This document shows, piece after piece, positions 33,566 through 42,836 of a stretch of DNA of 42,836 nt. Numbering within the stretch: position 1 is the stretch's first letter; the number at the start of each line of letters is the position of its first letter. Source of the stretch: Octopus bimaculoides (taxonomy: Eukaryota); contig NC_068985.1 in NCBI RefSeq assembly GCF_001194135.2, positions 82,704,127 through 82,746,962 of the forward strand, given 5' to 3'. The notes under the pieces are model-generated. The model searched no databases, was not told the DNA's origin, and worked only from the letters and a program-made list of their open reading frames with translations. Made by a program: the position numbers and the translations under genes.

Positions 33566-33818
33566 NNNNNNNNNNNNNNNNNNNNNNNNNNNNNNNNNNN
33601 NNNNNNNNNNNNNNNNNNNNNNNNNNNNNNNNNNNNNNNNNNNNNNNNNNNNNNNNNNNNNNNNNTGTAAACAAATATGAACACACACATTCACCACCCC
33701 ATATACAATGTGTGTGTGTGTGGCTGGCTATATAATTAATGATCTTTATTACATTCTCTCTAAATATTAGATTAACAAATGTGTGTATAAACTAAGGAAA
33801 TCAAAATAACAAACAAAC

Positions 33819-33855
<37 letters not shown>

Positions 33856-34284
33856 ACACACACACAGTAAAAAAGAAAAATAGCCCTAATAGAAGCAATA
33901 GTTAAATAAGAGAGCGTGTGTACTGTAGAATGCCTTTTACTGAACATTCATTAAATTATATCAGCTTTAAAAATACCATCTGTATTGACTTTAAATATAC
34001 CTTGCTAATAAATTCCAAAAATCTAATAAATAACTTTAGATACATACAGTTTTTAAATAATTATTAAAATATCACTCACAACGTCCTTACGGATGGGTAT
34101 GCAGATATGGAAATGCTTCACTGTGACTAGATATTTCTGGTTTGCAGTTCATTAGGGTGTGGCCATGCTGAAGCACTGAATTTAAAGATTTAGTTCAGCT
34201 TATTAACTATACTCCCACTGCCAGTCCTTACGTTTAAGAAATATATATATATAGCACAACAGTGGATTTAACCAATATAAAGAG

Positions 34285-34361
<77 letters not shown>

Positions 34362-34627
34362 NNNNNNNNNNNNNNNNNNNNNNNNNNNNNNNNNNNNNNN
34401 NNNNNNNNNNNNNNNNNNNNNNNNNNNNNNNNNNNNNNNNNNNNNNNNNNNNNNNNNNNNNNNNNNNNNNNNNNNNNNNNNNNNNNNNNNNNNNNNNNNN
34501 NNNNNNNNNNNNNNNNNNNNNNNNNNNNNNNNNNNNNNNNNNNNNNNNNNNNNNNNNNNNNNNNNNNNNNNNNNNNNNNNNNNNNNNNNNNNNNNNNNNN
34601 NNNNNNNNNNNNNNNNNNNNNNNNNNN

Positions 34628-34666
<39 letters not shown>

Positions 34667-34667
<1 letters not shown>

Positions 34668-35210
34668 GATGTTGGGCCTTACTGAGATGACAAGGGACTT
34701 CTGTTGATTTGCTGTACTTTAGAAGACATGTCAAGCTTAGTAAAATCACAGTCATCCATACATACAGGCATGTCCTTTAAGGCCATGTCCCTATTCCCTC
34801 TACCGGCCCAGAGGTTTTTGTCTTGCAGGCACCAGTGCCATATAATATACACTTGTGCCAGTGCCATGTAAAATGCACTTGTGCTGGTGCCACATGGAAT
34901 CTTCTTGTGCTGATACCATGTAAATGCACTTATACTGGTGTTGCATAAAACGCACTCAGGCCATTGCTATGTGCAATGCATTTGTGCTGGTGCCATGTAA
35001 AATGCACTCATGTTGGTGCCACATAAATGCACTTATGCCAGTAGCATATAAAATGCACTAAGCACACTTTGTAAAATGGTTGGCGTTGGGAAGGGCATCC
35101 AGCTGCAGAACCCATACCAAAACAGAAAATTGGAGCCCAGCCAGCTCCTGTCAGACCATCCAACTCAAGCCAGCATAGAAAACAGATGTTTATTAGTGAT
35201 GGTGATGATG
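34667..35210 (+). mobile_element. 3' end of an RTE-like LINE with internal minisatellite and (GAT)n-like tail
   Basis: LGLTEMTRDFC*FAVL*KTCQA* resembles an RTE ORF C-terminus (weak). GGTTGGCGTTGGGAAGGGCATCCAGC is homologous to 13615-13650; ends GATGGTGATGATG. Confidence 0.62.
34829..35058 (+). repeat. Minisatellite, unit 25-26 bp, about 9 copies
   Basis: ACTTGTGCTGGTGCCA(T/C)(G/A)TAAAATGC-like units. Confidence 0.88.
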
Positions 35211-35398
35211 TTTTGACATCGACTTTTCCATGCTTGTATGAGTTGGATAGAATTTATTGATGCAGATTTTCTACAGTCAGGTGCACTTTCTCTTGCTGAA
35301 CCTTGCCTGTTTTCATGGCCAGGCATGTTCTCACAGAATATTGGAAATAAATGACAGCTTGTATGACATCACACGAACTCACAACTATCTTACAATAT
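35211..35398 (-). mobile_element. Second RTE-like 3' fragment, tail-to-tail with the previous one
   Basis: TTTTCCATGCTTGTATGAGTTGGA...TTTCTACAGTCAGGTGCACTT resembles 13513-13640. Confidence 0.6.
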
Positions 35399-35603
35399 TG
35401 TTGTAATCCTCTGTTGGATTGTTATAACATCCACTTCAGTATAGCAGTATAGTTAATTAGACAAGTAAGACCATGACTATTTATGGCCATCTACCTCATG
35501 CCCTCTATGTATACTGGCACTGACTGACAGTATTTATAATGACTAGCACATACCACTCATCACGTGAGAGGAGTGTTCTATTATTACTATTATCCCCATA
35601 ACA
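35399..35603 (-). repeat. Putative 3' LTR, about 205 bp (alternative end at 35420)
   Basis: Begins TGTTAT after the PPT; ends ...TTACAACA (35399) or ...ATAACA (35420). No second LTR is present to confirm the end. Confidence 0.65.
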
Positions 35604-35964
35604 TCTCCCCTTTTAAGTTTTTCTTTTTTCTCAGGGAGTGTAATTTTATTTCTTTTAATAGCAATAATTTTTACATCACCCTACCTTTCCTTTTTGATTT
35701 CTTTTTCATACAGTTAGACATTTAATATTTTTTCATTTGCCATCTTGTTGAAAAATCTGCAAAAACTCTTACTTTATTATTTTTCTTTTTTACATAGACC
35801 GTAGGTGCTGCCCAGTCTGAGTGGTCCATCTTCTCAGTTATTCCTAGGTTTTCAAGTCTTTCAGGTTCATTGTTTACCTGGTTTATTGCTGCAATCAGTA
35901 CATTCCGTTTTGGCTTAAACACAGGTGCAACACTTTGTTTTACTACAATTTTTGCCTTCGCTTT

Positions 35965-36072
35965 CATTTCCTCCGAGGAAACATCTGGAAATATGCAGCC
36001 CATTTCCTCCGAAGTAACATCTGGAAATGTGATGCCCATTTTGTCTGAGGAAACATCTGGAAATAAATGTTT
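35965..36072 (-). repeat. Three 36-bp in-frame tandem repeats inside the Gypsy ORF
   Basis: CATTT..TC(C/T)GA(G/A)G(A/T)AACATCTGGAAAT at 35965, 36001 and 36037, encoding FPDV(S/T)S(D/E) three times. Confidence 0.93.
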
Positions 36073-36756
36073 TATTTTTTGTTTCAGTCCCTCAGCTGCA
36101 TTTGAACCTTTAACTGAACTGAGTATATTCCCACACAAAACACCTATGGGCATATTCCACAATTTGAATAGTTCCCTCCACTCCGTGCCAAATAGATTAA
36201 CTGAATTTTTTAACACATATTTTTGCTGTTTTCATTTGGTCATGATGTCAGGCAGTAAGATTGAACCTGGAACCATCTCGTGGTAGTGTCTCACATATGT
36301 AACATATTAAACCTAATAACTGAGATTATCCTTGCAATTAGAAGTCAAAAGCTCCTGCTCTTTTGTTAGTTTTCACATATAAGAACATTGTGCATTTGCT
36401 GAAGCTATAGATTGAGTAATCCATTCAAAAACGATTATACAAGTTAATTTGTTTGTAAATATCCTGTCATTAACTGAGCACTTATAAAGCAGGATGTATC
36501 TTTACATACAAATAAACAACAAAAGGAAGCAATCTCTGATGCTTCATTAACATTCTCTTGCTCACGACAGATAGATTTGCAGCAAACATATTGAATTGCA
36601 GCAAGCACAATAGTTCTGAACAAGGGAGGTTAGGTATTGTTGAAACTTTGCTAACATAATTTGGGCTTTGAGATCAGCTGACATGCATATACAATATGCA
36701 AGGATATTATTTCAGAGCAGCAAAAGACATCATATATCTTTTTCCTTTCCTTTCTA

Positions 36757-36990
36757 TCTTTTTACTTGTTTCAGTCATTTGACTGTGGCCATGCTGGAGC
36801 ACCACCTTGAAGAATTTTTTGTTGTTGAATGTATCAACTCCAGTACTTATCTTTTCTTAAAGCCTGGTACTTATTTTATTGCTGAACTGCCAGGTTATAG
36901 GGATGTAAATATACCAGTACTGGTTGTCAAGTGGTGTGGAGGGACATGTACAGACACAAAGACACACACATATATATGTTTGTATGTATG
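36757..36990 (-). mobile_element. SINE family A 3' half, ending at the Tc1-like fragment
   Basis: TTACTTGTTTCAGTCATTTGACTGTGGCCATGCTGGAGCACC. Confidence 0.85.
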
Positions 36991-36996
36991 TATATA

Positions 36997-37283
36997 CAGG
37001 GGTTGGACAAAATAATGGAAACACCTAGCATCAGAGCATCATAATTTTGAAATATCTATAAAACCATCAAAAGCTTGTTTATTTTTATGTTTTTTGATTT
37101 ATTATTAGTGTTGCTTTATATGTTTTGCTAAAATTGCTGCTTCTTTTCAAATATCATCAGAAAAAGGTAACTAAAATTCATTAAAATGACAGATCTATCG
37201 AACTTTCAAAAAGGTTAAATTGTTGGTGCTTGTTTGGCAGGCACTAGCATAATGAAAACAGTCGAAATGTTCGGTGTATCAAG
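36997..37283 (+). mobile_element. Tc1-like transposon 5' fragment
   Basis: TA-CAGGGGTTGGACAAAATAATGGAAACA terminus. ATG at 37186 gives MTDLSNFQKG*IVGACLAGTSIMKTVEMFGVS, like a Tc1-type HTH N-terminus. Confidence 0.75.
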
Positions 37284-38280
37284 TGTTTTGTTATTTCCTA
37301 GTGTTGTGTTCTGCTCTTCTAGAAGAGGATTTGAACTATAGTTCAGCAACTCCTTCCTATAAAAATGCATTATATTGGATAAGAGAACCTTTATGTGGTA
37401 GTTTCACTTTCTAGAAATAGCAATCAAATCTCCCTCAAATCATGCATTAGGATTCTAAAGCAAGAACAGATTGAATAATATTGTACTTGGTATACTGTAA
37501 CTAAAATGAGATGGCCATAGCTGGTAACTCTTGATGATGGTAACTCAATCAAGGCAGGGGTTAAATACAACACCAACAACAGTATCAATATTTATAATAG
37601 TACAAGTTATGTGAAGGTTCAGTGCATAGCAAAGTATTTGTAATGTAAATGTTGAGCTTCAGAAATATAGTGTTTAGCTCTGATTTCATGGCCTTATGTG
37701 AATAGAATGTAAATACTTTGCTTAAAAAAATGACACAAATTTATTGCAGGTAACATTCCCCAAGGAACTGGTACCTACTCAAAAGAAAGATGAACTAAAA
37801 CAATGTAGGCTCATGTAGACTGACTAAAAATACAATGAAATGCTTGAAGCAAATTTGAGCAGGTGATCTAACACTTCATAAGAAGGGAAGGAGTCTAACC
37901 TCTGATGAATGACTTAGTGTAAATCCTCATGAGCTATCATATGTGCAGATGGTCTAATACCTCATAAACTGGTAGTCTAATGCTTCATAAGATGAGCAGG
38001 GAATTTAACCTTTTGTGAGTTTGTTGTCTAACTGCTCATGAACTGGTAGTTCAATTGGCCAAAAATGATGTGATTCAAAGGCCAAGAGTTTCAATTTCTC
38101 AGAATTTGCCAATCTGTGTGTGTGTGTGCGCATGCGTGCGCATGCATATTTCCAAGTATAGGGAACAATCAGTTGATGTTATAGGTTTCAAAATCACTCT
38201 AGCTGGTTGAGTTTATTTTCTTGGATGATTTGTATATCTATCTCTGTGTGTGACCTGCTTTGTGTTCTCTCTCTTTCTCC

Positions 38281-38667
38281 TTTTACTCTTTTACTTGTTT
38301 CAGTCATTTGACTGTGGCCATGCTGGAGCACTGCCTTTAGTCGAGAAAATTGACCCCAGGACTTATTCTTTGGATGCCTAGTACTTATTCTATCGGTTTC
38401 TTTTGCCGAACCGCTAAGTTACAGGGACATAAACACACCAGCATCGGTTGTCAAGCAATGCTGGGCGGGACACAGACACACACACATATATATATACATA
38501 TATACGACGGGCTTCTTTCAGTTTCCGTCTAACAAATCCACTCAGAAGGCTTTGGTCGGCCCGAAGCTATAGTAGAAGACACTTGCCCAAGGTGCCACGC
38601 AGTGGGACTGAACCCGTAACCATGTGGTTAGTAACCAAGCTACTTACCACACAGCCACTCCTACGCC
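38281..38667 (-). mobile_element. Full-length SINE family A, least decayed copy
   Basis: Complete head, core and tail with many CpGs retained. Confidence 0.92.
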
Positions 38668-38669
38668 TA

Positions 38670-38700
<31 letters not shown>

Positions 38701-39137
38701 TTTTTTTTTTTGAAGTTGTTAATGTAAACTCTGAGGGCTGCTTTGGAAAGGATCAGAGAACTTTTGGAATTTAATGTCCAAAGTAATTGGAATTTAATGT
38801 TCAATGAGTCTGATTCAAATTTTTTTCTTTTGTCCTTGGTGGTCATCTGTAAAATCATATATAAGTTCACATACAGAGTGATGCAGATGTACAAGCAAGT
38901 CAAGTCCAATGAAAATGAAGTCAAACACTTTGCATGCCTTAGAGTAATTTTGAAACTTATAGTAATATGAAAAGATTGTGCTTGTAAAAATATGAAAACA
39001 TATTAACTAACTTTATATTCATTATATTGAGCACTATTTACTGTGTCATATGAATCTCATTATTTCTCTCTCTCTCTTTATACATACACACACACACACA
39101 TATACACAAACATGCATACACACACACATACACACAT

Positions 39138-39281
39138 GTTCAGTTCATCTCTACTAAATCTACACAAGATTTGGTTGGCCCAGAGCTATAGCAGAAGATA
39201 CCTGCTGATGATGCTGCACTGCATTACTGAACCCAAGACCATGTGCTACAAAGCGAAATTCTAAAACATACAGCCATACCC
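39138..39281 (-). mobile_element. SINE family A 5' fragment, degenerate
   Basis: TTGGTTGGCCCAGAGCTATAGCAGAAGATAC...CTGAACCCAAGACCATGTG. Confidence 0.7.
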
Positions 39282-39545
39282 AGTTCAAAGTTATAAGATA
39301 TATCACTAAGCCATTCGTTAGGAGAGGAAGATGGTGTGTTCAAATAAATTTTAGTTGCCTGTCAGATTTGAAACTAAAATAAAAGTTTCTATTCACTTTG
39401 AGTATGTTTGTTTTATTGATTAAACATTGCTGAATGATAAACCAAAACTATCTGCAACTATCTGCATTTCTGTACTTTTTATGATCTTTAGCAATTCAAA
39501 TTGATTTTCATCACCCATCTCAGTAACAGTCTTGTGTCACCCTTA

Positions 39546-39549
39546 CCAA

Positions 39550-39603
<54 letters not shown>

Positions 39604-39622
39604 CATCATTATTATTGTTGTT
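39546..39622. repeat. (TAT)n microsatellite grading into (CAT)/(TGT)
   Basis: Direct reading; it explains the poly-L and poly-Y ORFs. Confidence 0.92.
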
Positions 39623-40544
39623 GTTATTTCTTATTTATTTTCTTCCTATTTTTATTTTCTTTATTCACACTATACCCAAACTCTTCAACAATGCCTCATG
39701 AAAAGATAAAATTTTTTTTTTTTAGTTTTGTAAATTATAAAAAAAAAATGTAAATGAAATAAACAAATGTAAATATAATAAAATAAGAGAAAACAAAGAA
39801 TTAAAAACTAACTCAGTAAGGAAGAAATGATTGTAAATTTCTTAGTAATAATTATCCATCACCACAGACTAAATGTCTGCTTTTGTATTAATTATATGTA
39901 AACTAGTATAGAAATATTCCGTTAATGAAATATGGATAAAGGCTGCAAACTTTCCGTTGTTTACTTCAAGTGTTGATGTTATCAACTCTATCAAGATTAT
40001 TTATTCAAGGAATGTTTCTGGCCTCAGGGCTCTATAGGTTTTGTTTTGCTTGATTTGATCCTGATTATGATGATGACAATGGTGTTGATGTTGGCAATGG
40101 TGGTAGGGCAAGTGAGGTGGGTTGTGAAGATTGTAGTGGTGGTTAAATGAAATATGATGATCATTATATATTTTTATTTCTTTATTTTCATCTTTTTACA
40201 TGGATGAATTTCCTCCTGTTCAGTAGATTTACTCATTTTTTTTTAGATTTTTTTTTTCTGAGCATGCAGACTTTGACACAAATTTATTCTTTTGAGAATT
40301 CATCTTAGTTGGGAAAATGACAGAATTTTACAGTATAGTGCTGTGAATTTGTAGGCCTAATGTTTATTATTATTATTTGTTTTTGTATATTGTTTTAAGC
40401 TGAGGTTTTCTTTTGAGTGACTAGTGTGTCCTTATAAGATGCAGCTTGTTATATTGGGCTTTATAAATTCTATTTTTTCCCACTATAATCAGACCATTTC
40501 CCCCACCCCCTTTACTTTAAAATACTTGCACACTATCTTATGTA

Positions 40545-40725
40545 CAAGCCTTTTAGTGAATTTATTCCAAGTCTTTACATTCTTGGTTGAAATCCTGCTG
40601 AGATCAACTTTGTCTTTCATCCTTTGAGGGTTGATAAAATAAAGTACCATACAAGTATTGAAGTGGGTGAACACTGGCTGACTCATTCTACAAAATTTCA
40701 AGCCCAGAAGATATATTAAAAGCAA
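40545..40725 (+). mobile_element. SINE family B, degenerate
   Basis: GATCAACTTTGTCTTTCATCCTTTGAGGGTTGATAAAATAAAGTACCA. Confidence 0.72.
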
Positions 40726-41376
40726 TACTGAAGAAGAAAAAAGAAAGTTTATAGGAAATTGTCAACTAAATACATGGTTTAAGATTAGTGAAAGAAGTAA
40801 TGTTGTGTCTATGTTTCTGTCAACTGTATAATTTTCTGTGTACCAATTTGGAACTAAACGTGCACAATGCAAGTATTTTACTAGTATTCAAGAACATCAT
40901 GAATGTGTATCTATATTTGTGGATCAGATCATCCACTATACATATATTCTCTCTTATACTCACCTGTTTTGGGGCGTACTCTTAAGGTATAGGGATGGTA
41001 GAGCATTGCTAAGAGTGCATGGATTGATAGTTCACATGAATGCAAAGAAGGGAGAATGCAGTGATGGGTGAAACCTGGGTATATAGAGGTGTGGGACAAC
41101 AGGATTGAAATGATACAGTAGGCAGGACAGTGAGGACAGGATTGGGCTAGAGGAGCATAATGCAAGCACTTTTGATCAAAATGATATCAGTGCACATATA
41201 AATAATGCCAGTGGCCACTCTGAGTTGCTCCTCTTCGCTCATTTTTGATTAGATTATGCAAGTTACTAAGGCCATAAATGTCTAAGTTCTTTAGCTACTG
41301 GAGATGAGGTTTTAGGATTGTCATGCTGATAAAACCTGTTGAGCCCATCATATATATACATAAATATATATATATG

Positions 41377-41432
<56 letters not shown>

Positions 41433-41656
41433 NNNNNNNNNNNNNNNNNNNNNNNNNNNNNNNNNNNNNNNNNNNNNNNNNNNNNNNNNNNNNNNNNNNN
41501 NNNNNNNNNNNNNNNNNNNNNNNNNNNNNNNNNNNNNNNNNNNNNNNNNNNNNNNNNNNNNNNNNNNNNNNNNNNNNNNNNNNNNNNNNNNNNNNNNNNN
41601 NNNNNNNNNNNNNNNNNNNNNNNNNNNNNNNNNNNNNNNNNNNNNNNNNNNNNNNN

Positions 41657-41694
<38 letters not shown>

Positions 41695-41703
41695 GTATAT
41701 ATA

Positions 41704-42764
41704 TGAGGTCTGATCAATAAGTATCCGGACTGTTGTCATAGTAACGAAGCTAAAGTATGTGGAGTGAAGCTGCTTGATACAGATTGACTTTGACCTTTGC
41801 TGTGCATGTGCACTTAGTTTTAACAATCTATCTCACTTCTGCTGTTTACAGCAGTGCTTCAAATTTAACTTGTGTAACATGATCGTTGCATTGACCATGA
41901 CAGAGAAAGTTGCCATGGCGATACCTGCTCAGAAGCTTACACGAAGTTGCAGAAAGTGTGTGGAGAGGAGTGTATGAGCCACACACAAGTGTACGAGTGG
42001 TTCAGACTTTTCCAAGATGGCCGAAAAAATGTCGAAAGTGACGAATGTTCTGAGAGACCTGCAAACAGCAGAACTGAGAAAAACAGCACAGATGTGAGTG
42101 CAGCTGTGAGAGGAAATCATCGAATCACCATCCGTGGGTTATGATAGGATGTGCAAATTAGTTACAGTTCAGTTCAGTCCATTATCACTGAAGATTTGGG
42201 TATGAGATGCGTGCCTGCAAAGTTTGTGCCAAAACTGCATTCAATTGACCAAAACGACACTCAGGTTTCAGTTGCACAAGATCTCCTTGATTGTATTGAT
42301 ATCGATGAAAACGTTTTGAAAACGGTCATAATGGGTGATGAATCGTGGGGCTATGGCTATGACCCCGAAACAAAGGCTCAGTCTTTATAGTGGAAGACCT
42401 CAACCTCTCTGAGTCCAAAGAAAGCATGAATGAGTCAAAACAATATGAAGATATTCTTGACCGTTTTCTTCGATTTCATGAGTATGCTCCACCTGGTCAG
42501 GCAGTAAACAAGGAGTACTACCTCTGAGCAGGTGTTTCCAAGCTTTTGGCAAAATTTGAGGCAGGTTCTCTGCTCAACTTTCTCTGTTATGGTCAATGCG
42601 ATGAACACATGCTACACACATTAATTCCAAGCTCTACAAGTGATCTAGAATGTTAAAACTTAATGCACTTATACAGCAGAGTTCAAGGTCAATCTATGCC
42701 AAGCAGCTTCACTCTGTGTGCTTTAGCTTCGTTACTATGGTAACAGTCCGGATACTTATTGATC
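41704..42764 (+). mobile_element. Mariner 3: 5' part of the element joined to an inverted copy of the same 5' end
   Basis: Left end TA-TGAGGTCTGATCAATAAGTATCCGGACTGTT. About 42522-42764 is the reverse complement of about 41711-41935. Confidence 0.9.
41897..42521 (+). pseudogene. Mariner transposase remnant, N-terminus to before the second catalytic D
   Basis: VYEWFRLFQDGRKNVESDECSERP; VPAKFVPKL (WVPHEL-like); MGDESWGYGYDPETKAQS; EYAPPGQAVNKEYY, then the junction. Confidence 0.92.
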
Positions 42765-42836
42765 TACAGAAAGCTAAAGAAGACAGTGAGGGAACAAGTA
42801 GGCATATTAGTTTAATATATATACACACACATATAT

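Larger units (their letters stand above)
35399..36230 (-). mobile_element. Ty3/Gypsy-type LTR retrotransposon remnant: protease end, RT start, large internal deletion, PPT and 3' LTR
   Basis: ORF 35722-36216: VNLFGTEW..PVFKPKRNV..ERLENLGI..DWAAPTVYVKKKNNKVRVFADF. PPT AAAAGGGGAGA (35604-35614) directly precedes TGTTAT. Confidence 0.85.

Noticed and set aside
41069-41085. GAAACCTGGGTA, similar to the 3' half of the 20592 hammerhead
   Set aside because: No upstream CTGANGA or helix I partner.
4047-41826. Long ORFs spanning N-runs (gaps at 4296-4463, 13724-14376, 16167-16410, 18386-18618, 21410-21419, 24593-24790, 33566-33665, 34362-34627, 41433-41656)
   Set aside because: Their length comes from X codons and (TA)n/(CA)n translation; they are assembly-gap artefacts.

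Overview
AT-rich eukaryotic non-coding DNA that is almost entirely repeats. No intact gene could be identified. The SINE families, dense (TA)n/(CA)n/(AAT)n microsatellites and nine N-gaps (most flanked by dinucleotide repeats) resemble a short-read assembly of an octopus genome; that taxon call is pattern recognition and was not verified. Contents: three decayed mariner elements; one Tc1-like 5' fragment; two Penelope-like element (PLE) remnants encoding GIY-YIG endonuclease, plus several PLE-type terminal fragments; one internally deleted Ty3/Gypsy remnant with PPT and 3' LTR; RTE-like LINE 3' ends; hAT- and piggyBac-type MITEs; and about 30 copies or fragments of three tRNA-headed SINE families (my labels A, B, C). 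The most interesting unexplained signal is four hammerhead-ribozyme-like folds from three unrelated sequence families (1461-1500, 13360-13396, 20592-20652, 33303-33391), each about 35-95 nt from a microsatellite. Also notable: a spacerless 342-bp palindrome (14430-14771), several short inverted or templated insertions, head-to-tail SINE chains, and a mariner carrying two 5' ends. Most long ORFs in the supplied track are artefacts of N-runs or microsatellites.
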